Part shown: positions 29,012 through 38,573 of the stretch, piece after piece | Numbering within the stretch: position 1 is the stretch's first letter | How the letters are laid out: every line of letters starts with the position of its first letter | Source of the DNA: Alphaproteobacteria bacterium | GTDB taxonomy: Bacteria > Pseudomonadota > Alphaproteobacteria > GCA-2731375 | Direction: 5' to 3' | NCBI GenBank assembly: GCA_965232515.1 | Contig: CBDDPY010000002.1 | Location: 3,104,001 to 3,168,000 of the forward strand | Length of the DNA stretch: 64,000 nt | Made by a program: the position numbers and the translations under genes | The notes under the pieces: model-generated | The model's input: only the letters and a program-made list of their open reading frames with translations | What the model was told of the DNA's origin: nothing | Databases searched by the model: none

Positions 29012-30049
29012 ATGACGTACCTGCAATTCCATGGCACGGCCCGGGCGGCCGGCCTGGCCGCCGCGGCGGCCATGATGATGTCGAGCAGCGCCGGACTGGC
29101 GGCCGACGTGCAGTGGAAGATGCACGCTGCCGTTGTCGATACGCGCATCGAAGCCAAGGACACCCAGTGGTTCGCCGACCGCGTCGGCGAGTTGACGAAC
29201 GGGTCGTTCGCGATCGAGCTCTATGCCGGCGGGTCGCTGGGCATCAAGGACCCCGATCTGTTGCGGACATTGCCGCGGGGCAATGTCGTCCAGGCGGCGC
29301 TGCTGTATCCCGGCTATCTCGCCCGCGAGGCGCCGGAATACGCCCTGACGCTGCCGCCGGGCGTGGTCGGCGAGCCGGCCGTCGTCAGCGATCTGCTGCC
29401 GACATTGCGGGGCATCTATCAGCGCAGCTATGACGCCGCCGGCATCACGCTGGTCGGCTTTGTCGGACACGCGGCGGCGAGGACGCATGTCTTCTGCCGC
29501 GAGCCGATCAACTCGCTGGCCGCCCTGAAGGCAAAGAAGGTCCGGGTTTGGGAGGCCTTCCAGATCGAAATCTTCGAGAAGCTGGACGTGGCCGCGCAGG
29601 TGATCGGACAGAACGACCTGTACGTCGCCATGAGCACGGGCGTGGTCGACTGCGCCGTCTACCCGGCGGCCTTCGCGTCGACGATCTCGCTGCACGAAGT
29701 CGCGCCCAACGGCAGCTACCTGTTTCCCTACGTGCTGCATCCGCTGAACATCATCGTCTCCAGCTCGGCTTACGACGCGCTTTCGGACGCGCACAAGACG
29801 GCGCTGCGGCAGGCCGCCGAGGAGGCCACCGCACGCAGCTTCGAGGCCTATTTGACCGGACGTCACGACGCCGAGGCCGAAGCCAAGTTCGCCGGCGGCA
29901 AGGCCAATCTGATGCCGGACTACAGCGCTTCCGACCGGCAGGCTTTCGCCGAGGCGGCGCGTGCGGTCTGGCAGGGTAAGGCCGAGAAGATGGGCGGCCA
30001 GGCGCTGGCCGACTACAAGCTGATCTCCGAAGTGATCGGCAACCGCTAG
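29012..30049 (+). CDS. TRAP transporter substrate-binding protein DctP
   Basis: Start ATG 29012 after AGGAGG; signal peptide; TNGSFAIELYAGGSL, LKAKKVRV, LYVAMSTGVVD. Confidence 0.88.
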   Translation: MTYLQFHGTARAAGLAAAAAMMMSSSAGLAADVQWKMHAAVVDTRIEAKDTQWFADRVGELTNGSFAIELYAGGSLGIKDPDLLRTLPRGNVVQAALLYPGYLAREAPEYALTLPPGVVGEPAVVSDLLPTLRGIYQRSYDAAGITLVGFVGHAAARTHVFCREPINSLAALKAKKVRVWEAFQIEIFEKLDVAAQVIGQNDLYVAMSTGVVDCAVYPAAFASTISLHEVAPNGSYLFPYVLHPLNIIVSSSAYDALSDAHKTALRQAAEEATARSFEAYLTGRHDAEAEAKFAGGKANLMPDYSASDRQAFAEAARAVWQGKAEKMGGQALADYKLISEVIGNR

Positions 30050-30069
30050 CATGCGGCAACGCGGGGCAT

Positions 30070-30095
30070 TCGGGGGCCGGTTCACCGGTCCCCGA
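30070..30095 (+). other. Intercistronic stem-loop after dctP
   Basis: TCGGGGGCCGG-TTCA-CCGGTCCCCGA with no U-tract. Confidence 0.55.
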
Positions 30096-30118
30096 GCGGC
30101 ACTCGGAATCCACCGCCC

Positions 30119-30625
30119 ATGAATACCGTACTGACGGCGATCTGCCGGTTGTCGACGGCCGTCGCCGTCGTGCTGATAGCGGTGATGGCGGGCTTCGTCG
30201 TCCTGAGCTCGGTCATGCGCTACGCCGTCGGCGCGCCGTTCCATTTCACCGAGGAGATTGTCGGCCTCTTGTTCTGCGCCATGGTCTTCCTGGTGCTGCC
30301 GGGCGTCCAGCTTCGCCGTCAGCACATCAAGGTCGATATTCTGACCGACAGGTTCGGCGGCCGTGCCGGCAAGCTGCAGCAGCTGTCGGCGCTGGCGCTG
30401 ACGATCGTCTTCGGCGCCGCCTTCGGTTGGGAAGCCTATGACTACTTCGCTTACGTATATGCGCGGCAGTCGCTCACCTATATCGGCGACATCCCGCTTT
30501 ATCCCTGGGTCGGGATCATCTTCGGCGCCGTCATCCTGATGACGCTGGTGGCCGTCTGGCAGTTCCGCGGCGCGACGCGACGGCCCGACGACGGCGACGA
30601 TCCGGCGGAGCCGCCCGTGCCATGA
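30119..30625 (+). CDS. TRAP small permease DctQ
   Basis: Four TM helices, VMRY, TEEI, HIKVD. Confidence 0.9.
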   Translation: MNTVLTAICRLSTAVAVVLIAVMAGFVVLSSVMRYAVGAPFHFTEEIVGLLFCAMVFLVLPGVQLRRQHIKVDILTDRFGGRAGKLQQLSALALTIVFGAAFGWEAYDYFAYVYARQSLTYIGDIPLYPWVGIIFGAVILMTLVAVWQFRGATRRPDDGDDPAEPPVP

Positions 30626-31911
30626 TCTGGGTCGTCTTCGCCATCGGCCTGATCGTCACCGGCCTGACCGGCGCGCCGCTGGGCGTCGGCCTAGCGCTGA
30701 CGGGCTTCGCGATCCTGCATCTGTTTCTCGGCGGCGCGACCGAGCTGGCGTTCACGGCAATATGGAACACGTTCAACGAATTCACACTGAGCGCCGTGCC
30801 GCTCTACATCCTGATGGGTGAGATCATGTTGCTGAGCGGCGTCAGCACCCGGGTCTACAACGCGCTGACGCCGCTGTTCCAGCGCGTGCCCGGCAAGCTG
30901 TTGCACACCAACATCGCCGTCTGCACGGTGTTCGGCGCGGTCAGTGGCGCTAGCACTTCGACGGCCGCCGCCGTCGGCTCGGTCGCCTATCCGGAACTGC
31001 GCACGCGCGGCTACGACAAGCCCTTCGTCGTCGGCACGCTGGCGGCGGGCGGGACGCTCGGCCTGCTGATCCCGCCGAGCCTGTCGCTGCTGCTCTACGG
31101 CGCCACCCAGGGCGTCTCGATCGGCCAGCTGTTCCTGGCCGGCATCGGGCCCGGACTGATGTTGGCCGCCGCCTTTCTGGTCGTCATCGCCATCGCCGCC
31201 GTGCGGCGCGCCGGCCTGGCTCCCGATGACGAACCCGGTATGGTCTGGCGGATCGCGCTGCTGCGGGTCCTGTCCGTCTGGCCGCTTGTCATCCTGATCT
31301 TCGCGGTGCTGGGCACGATCTATCTCGGCCTCGCCACGCCGACGGAAGCGGCCGGCCTCGGCGTTGCGGCGGCCATTCTCGTCGGCGTCGCCTGGGGCGA
31401 TCTTACCTGGGCCAAGCTGATCGAGGCGCTGTACAAGGCGACGACGACATTCGGCACGGTCCTGTTCGTCGGCGTCGGCGCGCTGATCCTGGCGCAGGCG
31501 ATCAGCGCGCTGGGTCTGCCGCGCGACATTATGGCCGGCCTCGCCGCGATGGAACTGTCGCCCTACGCGGTTCTGGCCGGCATGGTGGCCATCTATCTGG
31601 TGCTGGGGTGTTTCTTCGACGGACTGTCGCTGTTGTTGATGACCGTGCCGATCATGTTTCCGGTGATGGTCGGCTTCGGCTTCGATCCGGTCTGGCTCGG
31701 CGTCGTGATCACGGTCTGCATCGAGATCGGCATGCTGACCCCGCCCGTTGGCGTGAACCTCTATGTCCTGACCGGCATCACGCGCGGCGAGGTGAGCCTG
31801 GCGGAAGCCGCGCGGGCGGCGCTGCCATTCTGGTTTGTCATGCTCGGCGGTATCGTCGTGCTGACCATCGTGCCCGACATCGCGTTGTTCCTGCCGAACC
31901 TGATGCGGTGA
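30622..31911 (+). CDS. TRAP large permease DctM
   Basis: AVPLYILMG, FGAVSGAS, GTLGLLIPPS, TPTEAA, TPPVGVNL. Confidence 0.93.
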   Translation: MIWVVFAIGLIVTGLTGAPLGVGLALTGFAILHLFLGGATELAFTAIWNTFNEFTLSAVPLYILMGEIMLLSGVSTRVYNALTPLFQRVPGKLLHTNIAVCTVFGAVSGASTSTAAAVGSVAYPELRTRGYDKPFVVGTLAAGGTLGLLIPPSLSLLLYGATQGVSIGQLFLAGIGPGLMLAAAFLVVIAIAAVRRAGLAPDDEPGMVWRIALLRVLSVWPLVILIFAVLGTIYLGLATPTEAAGLGVAAAILVGVAWGDLTWAKLIEALYKATTTFGTVLFVGVGALILAQAISALGLPRDIMAGLAAMELSPYAVLAGMVAIYLVLGCFFDGLSLLLMTVPIMFPVMVGFGFDPVWLGVVITVCIEIGMLTPPVGVNLYVLTGITRGEVSLAEAARAALPFWFVMLGGIVVLTIVPDIALFLPNLMR

Positions 31912-32084
31912 CGGCGGCGGGGCGGTCCCCCGGAAACAATCGAAACCATTTTGCCGGTTCCGGCGCTGTTTCGGACACAGTTCTGAGACGTGCGGCCGCC
32001 ATCTTGCCCTCCGCGACTGAACGAATATCGCCGGCGCCGCGGCCGCACGGGCGCCCGCCAAACCAGACGGATGGGAGACCCGAT

Positions 32085-33041
32085 ATGGCACGATTTCGAC
32101 ACGCGCTGCCGCAGTTGGGCGGTGAGCTGTTTCTGACCGACGGCGGCATCGAGACGACGCTGATCTTTCACGACGGGCTCGACCTGCCCTACTTCGCCGC
32201 CTTCGACCTGTTGAAGGACGATGCCGGGCGCGATGCGCTGCGGCGCTATTTCCGCAGCTATACGGCCATCGCCAAGGACCAGGGCATGGGCATCGTGCTG
32301 GAAACGCCGACCTGGCGGGCGAGCGCCGACTGGGCCGGGAAGCTCGGCTATTCCAAGGCGGCGCTGGCGGAGGCCAACCGGCAGTCGGTGGCGCTGTTGG
32401 AGGAGATGCGGGACGAACATGCCGCAGCCGCGGGTCCGGTGGTGATCAGCGGCTGCGTCGGGCCGCGCGGCGACGGCTACGATCCGGCCGACGTGATGAC
32501 CGCCGACGAGGCCGCGGGCTACCACGCCGAGCAGATCGGCACCTTCGCCGAGACCCGGGCCGACATGGTCACCGCCATCACCATGACCAACGTGCCGGAG
32601 GCGACCGGCCTGACCCGGGCGGCACGGGACGCCGGCATGCCGGTGGTGATCTCGTTCACGGTCGAGACCGACGGCCGGCTGCCGACGGGCGAGACGCTGC
32701 AACACGCCATCGAGGCGGTGGACGACGCGACCGAGACCGGCCCGGCCTATTACATGATCAACTGCGCGCATCCGACGCATTTCGAGGATGCGCTGGCGGC
32801 GGGCGAGACCTGGGTGCAGCGCCTGCGCGGCCTGCGCGCCAACGCCTCGACCTTGAGCCACGCCGAGCTCGACGAGGCCGAGGAGCTGGACGAGGGCAAC
32901 CCACAGGAGCTCGGCGCGCAGTACCGGGCGCTGAAGGACCGGCTGCCGCAGATGATTGTGTTCGGCGGCTGTTGCGGCACCGACCACCGGCACATCGACG
33001 CGATCGGCCGCGCCTGCATGGGCCACAGCGCCGCGGCGTAA
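32085..33041 (+). CDS. Homocysteine S-methyltransferase family protein
   Basis: Start ATG 32085 after GGGAG; LTDGGIET, GPRGDGY, INCAHP and GGCCG zinc-binding cysteines. Confidence 0.9.
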   Translation: MARFRHALPQLGGELFLTDGGIETTLIFHDGLDLPYFAAFDLLKDDAGRDALRRYFRSYTAIAKDQGMGIVLETPTWRASADWAGKLGYSKAALAEANRQSVALLEEMRDEHAAAAGPVVISGCVGPRGDGYDPADVMTADEAAGYHAEQIGTFAETRADMVTAITMTNVPEATGLTRAARDAGMPVVISFTVETDGRLPTGETLQHAIEAVDDATETGPAYYMINCAHPTHFEDALAAGETWVQRLRGLRANASTLSHAELDEAEELDEGNPQELGAQYRALKDRLPQMIVFGGCCGTDHRHIDAIGRACMGHSAAA

Positions 33042-33060
33042 CACCGGCCACCATCTGAAC

Positions 33061-33098
33061 AGGAAAAGGGACGGTCATCCGGCCGTCCCTTTTTCCTT
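33061..33098 (+). terminator. Rho-independent (possibly bidirectional) terminator
   Basis: AAAAGGGACGG-loop-CCGTCCCTTTT followed by TCCTT. Confidence 0.75.
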
Positions 33099-33141
33099 CA
33101 CTTTCCTCTCGGCCACACGTTCGACAACGGAGCCTGCTTCC

Positions 33142-33960
33142 ATGACCACGCGCGAAACTTTCCGGATCGAAACACAGACTGGCGTGACGCTCGACGGCGC
33201 CGCGCAGGGCGAGCGCAGGGGCCCGGCCGTGCTCCTTCTGCATGGCTATAGCGATTCCTGGCGGTCCTACGTTCCGCTGTTGGACGCGCTGCCGCCGGCG
33301 TGGCGGGCGATCGCCGTCAGCCTGCGCGGGCACGGCGAGTCGGACCGGCCGGCGCGCGATTACACCATTCGTGACTTTGCCGACGATCTGCCGGCTGTGC
33401 TGACCCATCTCGACATCGACCGCGCCGCGGTGGTCGGTCATTCCATGGGCAGCATGGTCGCGGCCCGGCTCGCGCTGGCGCAGCCGACGCGCGTCGAGGC
33501 GCTGGTCCTGCTCGGTGCGCTGACGACGCTGCAGGGCAATCCGGCGATCGACGACGACTTCTGCGACGCGATCGCGGCGCTCGCCGATCCGGTCGACGCC
33601 GGCTTCGTACGCGAATTCCAGGAAAGCACGCTCGCCCGCCCTGTCCCATCGGATTTCATGGACGGCATCGTCGCCGAGAGCGGCAAACTGCCGGCCCGGA
33701 TCTGGCACGACGCGCTGGACGCCATGCTGGCCGACGACCTCGCGCCAGAGCTGTCGGGGATCGCCGCGCCGACGCTGCTGCTCTGGGGCGATCAGGACGG
33801 CCTTTGCGATCGCGACAGTCAGATCCGGATGGCGAGCGCCCTGCCCGCGGCCGAGTTTTCGGTCGTCGCGAACGCCGGCCACGCCCCGCACTGGGAGGAC
33901 CCGCAAGGCATCGCTGAGGCCATCGCCGCATTTCTCGACGCCAGCCGCGCGACCGCCTGA
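33142..33960 (+). CDS. Alpha/beta fold hydrolase
   Basis: LLHGY, RGHG, GHSMG nucleophile elbow, WGDQD, AGHAPH; start moved to ATG 33142. Confidence 0.9.
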   Translation: MTTRETFRIETQTGVTLDGAAQGERRGPAVLLLHGYSDSWRSYVPLLDALPPAWRAIAVSLRGHGESDRPARDYTIRDFADDLPAVLTHLDIDRAAVVGHSMGSMVAARLALAQPTRVEALVLLGALTTLQGNPAIDDDFCDAIAALADPVDAGFVREFQESTLARPVPSDFMDGIVAESGKLPARIWHDALDAMLADDLAPELSGIAAPTLLLWGDQDGLCDRDSQIRMASALPAAEFSVVANAGHAPHWEDPQGIAEAIAAFLDASRATA

Positions 33961-34001
33961 CGCCGTCCCGGACGGGACGCGTTCAAGGCCGACGGCTCGG
34001 G

Positions 34002-35273
34002 TCAGCTGCCGTAGCTGGCATGCGTGGCGCCGCTCGCGAGTTTGCCTGCGCGCGCGCCAGCCGCGGTGTCGGCCAGGTCGGCAGCGAAAGGCTCGATGAT
34101 GGCGCCGTGGTGGCGATTGAGCAGGAGGTTGAGCCCCGGCGGGTCGACAAGGGGACCGAATTGCCAGCCTTTGGCCGCCATGGCGTCGCGGACCGCGGCC
34201 ATGTCAAAGCCGCCGTCGCCGCCGATGGCGACGATGCCGGCGGCGGGGCGGCCCAGGACGTGTACGCCGGCGATGTGGTTGACCTTGACCGCGAGGCGAC
34301 GGCGGATGTCCAGGATCTCGCCGACCCGGTCGAGATAGCCGTCATAGCCGAGATAGTTCATCACCGCCCAGGCCGACGCCACGGCGCCGCCCGGCCGTGA
34401 GCCGGCGACGGTCATGGTGGCGAACGCGCCGGTCGGCCAGTCGTCGAACGTGAAGCCCTGGAACCGCGCCATCGCGGGATCGCGCAACAGCAGCAGCGAG
34501 GCGCCGCGGCTGGTATAGCCGTATTTGTGCAGGTCGACGGACATCGAGGCGACGCCCGGAACCGAGAAATCGAAATCCGGCACCGGTTCGCCGAGGTCGC
34601 GGGCGAAGGGCAGAAAGAAACCGCCGACGCAGGCGTCGACATGCAGCCAGAGTCCGTGCGCGCGCGCCAACGCCCCCAGCGCGGCGACATCGTCGACGCC
34701 GCCGATCGGATATGAGGGGGCCGAGCCGACGATCATGATCGTGTTCGGCGTGATCGCCGCGGCCATGGCCGCCGGATCGGCGCGGAGATCGTCGCCGGTC
34801 GGCACGCGGACGACCCGCAGCCCCAGCATCTCGGCCGCCTTGTTAAAGGCGGGGTGACAGGTTCGGGCGGCGACGATCTCGGGCGATCCGGACCTGGGCC
34901 GCGCCGCGCGAGCTTGGTCCCGGGCCGTCTTCACCGCCAGGATGATGCTTTCCGTTCCGCCGGTTGTGATCGTGCCGCTGGCGGCCTCGGGTGCATTGAG
35001 CAGCTCGAGCGCCATGCCCACGACCTCGTCGGCCATCGCCGGCAGACTGGGATAAAGCAGGTTGCCGTAGAGAAGATTGTCGCCCTGAAACAGCGCATAG
35101 GCCTCCCAGGCGACGCGCGCCACGTCCTCGCCCGCGTCGTAGGCGGCCTTGAGGTTGCGCAGGTCGTTCCAGGCGATATCGCCGTCCCGGCGCCGTTCCA
35201 ATTCCGCCCGCAGCGCCGACCAGGAGCGCCCTGCCCGCGCAAACTTCCGGTTGCTGATCGCGGGCTCGTTCAC
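34002..35273 (-). CDS. PLP-dependent group II enzyme, sphingosine-1-phosphate lyase-like
   Basis: TTGGTESI, HPAFNKAA, GSAPSYPIG, WLHVDACVGGF, SVDLHKYGY (PLP Lys), GSRPGG; GTG start after AGGAGG. Confidence 0.82.
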   Translation of the reverse strand: MNEPAISNRKFARAGRSWSALRAELERRRDGDIAWNDLRNLKAAYDAGEDVARVAWEAYALFQGDNLLYGNLLYPSLPAMADEVVGMALELLNAPEAASGTITTGGTESIILAVKTARDQARAARPRSGSPEIVAARTCHPAFNKAAEMLGLRVVRVPTGDDLRADPAAMAAAITPNTIMIVGSAPSYPIGGVDDVAALGALARAHGLWLHVDACVGGFFLPFARDLGEPVPDFDFSVPGVASMSVDLHKYGYTSRGASLLLLRDPAMARFQGFTFDDWPTGAFATMTVAGSRPGGAVASAWAVMNYLGYDGYLDRVGEILDIRRRLAVKVNHIAGVHVLGRPAAGIVAIGGDGGFDMAAVRDAMAAKGWQFGPLVDPPGLNLLLNRHHGAIIEPFAADLADTAAGARAGKLASGATHASYGS

Positions 35274-35332
35274 GTCGTCACCTCCTGGCTGGCGGATCTC
35301 TGGGGTTTGATGTCATCGAAGGGCGATGATCA

Positions 35333-35464
35333 TTTTTGTTATAGCATATAAATTTTTCCGTCAAATCGATTGCGGGTGAATCCAAAAACTCCGCTAAAAA
35401 TCAACATTTTTCAGGAACTCATCCAACGGGCTTTTGATCAGTGATATTTTTGCTATAACAAATA
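35333..35464. promoter_or_regulatory. Twin putative GntR operators in a divergent promoter region
   Basis: TTTTTGTTATAGCATATA (35333-35350) and TTTTTGCTATAACAAATA (35447-35464); the cores TTTGTTATAGCA and TGCTATAACAAA are exact reverse complements. Confidence 0.65.
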
Positions 35465-35570
35465 TGTTGCAGAAAAATCATGCACCATGCTAACCAGTCG
35501 TGACCGTCGCGGTAGGGCGGGCGCGCAGGCAGGCGACGAACAACGACCAAGCGCCCGGGGCAGGAGAGGT

Positions 35571-36779
35571 ATGGCGAAGCAACAGCCATTGGCGGCGATC
35601 GACACGTCGCAACCGCACGGCGGTCGGGACCTGTCGCGCGACGACCAGCCGTCGGCGGACTTCGGCGCCGATGTCGAGGTGCGCGGCCTGTCGAAGCATT
35701 TCGGCAGCGTCGTCGCGGTCGACGATGTCTCGTTCACGCTCAAGCCCGGCGAGTTCGTGGCCCTGCTCGGCCCGAGCGGGTCGGGCAAGACGACCATCCT
35801 GATGTCGATCGCCGGCTTCGAAACCCCCACCGCCGGCCGGATCCACGTCGCCGGCCGGGACGTGGTGCCGCTGCCGGCGAACAAGCGCAACATCGGCATG
35901 GTGTTCCAGAAATACGCGCTGTTCCCGCATCTGTCGGTCGCGCGGAACATTTCCTTTCCGCTGGAGATGCGCGGCTGGCCGCGCCGCCGCCGCGACGACG
36001 CGGTCCGACGCGCGCTCGCGACGGTGCGGCTCGACGGCTATGCGGCACGGATGCCGTCCCAACTCTCCGGCGGCCAGCAGCAGCGGGTGGCGCTGGCCCG
36101 CGCCATCGTCTTCGAGCCACCGCTGCTGCTGATGGACGAGCCGCTGGGCGCCCTCGACAAGAAGCTGCGCGAGGAGCTGCAGCTCGAGATCAAGCGCCTG
36201 CAGCAGCGGCTCGGCATCACGGTTCTATTCGTGACCCACGACCAGAGCGAGGCGCTGGCCATGGCGGACCGCGTCGCCGTGATGAACCATGGCCGGGTCG
36301 AGCAGATCGGCCGGCCACAGGACCTCTATAACGAACCGGCGTCGCTGTTCGTCGCCGATTTCGTCGGCGACTCCAACTTCATTCCGGGTGCCATGGCCGA
36401 TCCGGGGCAACCCGGCGCCGACGTCGTGGCCCTGCGATCCACCGGCGGTCATCGCATGCTGGGACGGGCGGCGGCCGGCGCGCGGGACCTGACGCCGGGC
36501 AGGCAGGCGACACTGATGGTCCGGCCGGAGAATGTGCGGCTGCGGCCGACGGACCGCCGGGACGTGGCCGACGCGCTGACCGGCCGCGTCCGCGACATCG
36601 TGTTCGGCGGCGCGACCAATATGTACGTCGTGGCGCTGGACACCACGGAAATGCGCGCCCGGCTTCCGGCCGGGACGGGCGAAGGCGGAGATGAGATCGG
36701 CCTTGGGGATCGCGTCGCGATTTCGTGGCATCAACGCGACGCCCTGGTCTACCCGACCGACGGCGCGGCCGGCCCATGA
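35571..36779 (+). CDS. PotA-like polyamine/opine ABC ATP-binding protein
   Basis: GPSGSGKT, VFQKYALFPH, LSGGQQQR, DEPLGALD, TOBE domain; start ATG 35571 after AGGAGAGG. Confidence 0.9.
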   Translation: MAKQQPLAAIDTSQPHGGRDLSRDDQPSADFGADVEVRGLSKHFGSVVAVDDVSFTLKPGEFVALLGPSGSGKTTILMSIAGFETPTAGRIHVAGRDVVPLPANKRNIGMVFQKYALFPHLSVARNISFPLEMRGWPRRRRDDAVRRALATVRLDGYAARMPSQLSGGQQQRVALARAIVFEPPLLLMDEPLGALDKKLREELQLEIKRLQQRLGITVLFVTHDQSEALAMADRVAVMNHGRVEQIGRPQDLYNEPASLFVADFVGDSNFIPGAMADPGQPGADVVALRSTGGHRMLGRAAAGARDLTPGRQATLMVRPENVRLRPTDRRDVADALTGRVRDIVFGGATNMYVVALDTTEMRARLPAGTGEGGDEIGLGDRVAISWHQRDALVYPTDGAAGP

Positions 36780-37687
36780 CCGCGATCACCGCCACCGAAG
36801 CCAGCGGGCCACCGGTCGACGGCCGGCAAGGCGTGGCCGCGTCGGCGCGCGAGCTGTCGCCGGGGCCGTGCTGGCTGTTGCTGCTGCCGACGCTGGCCCT
36901 GTTTCTGCTGGTCTTCGTCGCGCCGGTGCTGGGCCTGGTGAAGACCAGCCTGTTCGATCCGGACTTCACGCTGCGTCACTACCGGCTGCTGTTGTCCGAA
37001 GATCTGTTCCTGCGGATCATCTGGCGCACGCTGTGGGTGAGCGCGCTGGTGGCGCTGCTGACGTTGCTGCTCGGCTATCCCGTGGCGCTGCTGATGGCGC
37101 GCCTCAAGGGCACCGGCGCGCTGATCATCGCCGGCTGCGTGCTGCTGCCGTTGTGGATCAGCGTTCTGGTCCGCAGCTACGCCTGGGTGGTGCTGCTGGC
37201 GCATAACGGCGTGGTCACCAAGAGCCTGCGCGACCTCGGCCTGATCGCCGAGAGCACGCGCTTCATGTACACCGACGGCACAGTGATCGTGGCCATGACG
37301 CATGTGCTGCTGCCGTTCATGATCCTGCCGCTCTATGCCAGCCTGAACGCCATTCCCGACGACCTGTTGCGCGCCGCGAAGGGCCTGGGCGCGGGCGACC
37401 TGCGCGCCTTCCTGCGGGTGACCCTGCCGCTCAGCCTTCCCGGCGTGCTCTCCGGCGCCATCCTGGTGTTCGTGATCGCGCTCGGCTTCTTCGTGACGCC
37501 GGCGCTGGTCGGCGGGCCGAAGTCGATGATGGCCGCGATGCTGATCGGTCAGGAAGCGGCGTACGGCGGCAACTGGGGTCTGGCCGCGGCGCTGTCGGCC
37601 GTCCTGTTCTTCGGCGCGCTGGCGGTCGTGCTGGCCTTCGGCCGCTTCATCCGCCTCGACGGCGACGCGGAGGTCGGCGGCCGATGA
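36776..37687 (+). CDS. PotB-like ABC permease
   Basis: LLGYPVA, SVLVRSYAW, LPFMILP, RAAKGLGA, LPLSLPG. Confidence 0.9.
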   Translation: MTAITATEASGPPVDGRQGVAASARELSPGPCWLLLLPTLALFLLVFVAPVLGLVKTSLFDPDFTLRHYRLLLSEDLFLRIIWRTLWVSALVALLTLLLGYPVALLMARLKGTGALIIAGCVLLPLWISVLVRSYAWVVLLAHNGVVTKSLRDLGLIAESTRFMYTDGTVIVAMTHVLLPFMILPLYASLNAIPDDLLRAAKGLGAGDLRAFLRVTLPLSLPGVLSGAILVFVIALGFFVTPALVGGPKSMMAAMLIGQEAAYGGNWGLAAALSAVLFFGALAVVLAFGRFIRLDGDAEVGGR

Positions 37688-38511
37688 CGGCAGTGGCGAC
37701 ATTTCGCGGTCTGCGCCCGGCCGGCGCGTTGACGGCCGCGCTCGCCTACGGCGTGCTCGCCTTCCTGGTTCTGCCGGTCCTGCTGGTCGTGCCGATGAGC
37801 TTCTCGGACGCCAACTATCTGTCGTTTCCACCGCAGGGCTTCTCGCTCAAATGGTACGTCGAGATCTTCACCGAACCGATGTGGACGCGCCCGGCGCTGT
37901 TCAGCTTGCAGATCGCCTTGCTGGTCGCGGCGCTATCGTCGGCGCTCGGCACGGCCGCCGCGCTGGCGCTGGTCCGGGGACGCTTTCGCGGCAAGACGGC
38001 GGTGCGGCTGCTCATCGTCTCGCCGATCATCGCGCCGAACGTCGTGGTCGCCATCGCCATGTTCTTCGCCTTCGTCGAGGTCGGACTGATCGGCAGCGTG
38101 GCGGCCTTCGTCATGGCGCACGCGGTGCTGGCGATCCCGTTCGTGATGTTGACGGTCTCGGCCGCGCTGCATCGCTTCGATCCCGATCTCGAGCTGGCGG
38201 CGATGAACCTGGGCGCCAACCGCTGGACGGCGTTCCGGCGGGTGACCTTGCCGATCATCATGCCGGGCGTGGCGAGCGGCGCGATCTTCGCCTTCATCAT
38301 CTCGTTCGACGAGCCGGTGATCAGCTACTTCGTCTCCAGCGTCCGCCAGGCGACGCTGCCGCGGATCATGTTCCAGAACATCGAAACCAGCGTGCAGCCC
38401 AACGTCGCCGCGATCTCGACCGTGCTGATGCTGCTGTCGCTGCTGCTGCTGTCGCTCACCTGGCTCCTGCGCCGCGGGCAGGCCCGCCGGCTGCCGGACG
38501 CACGCCCATGA
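37684..38511 (+). CDS. PotC-like ABC permease
   Basis: FPPQGFSLKWY, ELAAMNLGA, FIISFDE. Confidence 0.9.
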   Translation: MTAVATFRGLRPAGALTAALAYGVLAFLVLPVLLVVPMSFSDANYLSFPPQGFSLKWYVEIFTEPMWTRPALFSLQIALLVAALSSALGTAAALALVRGRFRGKTAVRLLIVSPIIAPNVVVAIAMFFAFVEVGLIGSVAAFVMAHAVLAIPFVMLTVSAALHRFDPDLELAAMNLGANRWTAFRRVTLPIIMPGVASGAIFAFIISFDEPVISYFVSSVRQATLPRIMFQNIETSVQPNVAAISTVLMLLSLLLLSLTWLLRRGQARRLPDARP

Positions 38512-38573
38512 ACAAGACGGCCGCGAGAGCCGCCGGAGATCCCATTCCGCACTCAACGATAGGGAGGTAGCAG

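Noticed and set aside
31912-32084. SAM or cobalamin riboswitch upstream of the homocysteine methyltransferase
   Set aside because: No SAM-II, SAM-SAH or B12-box consensus recognisable by eye; an Rfam scan would settle it
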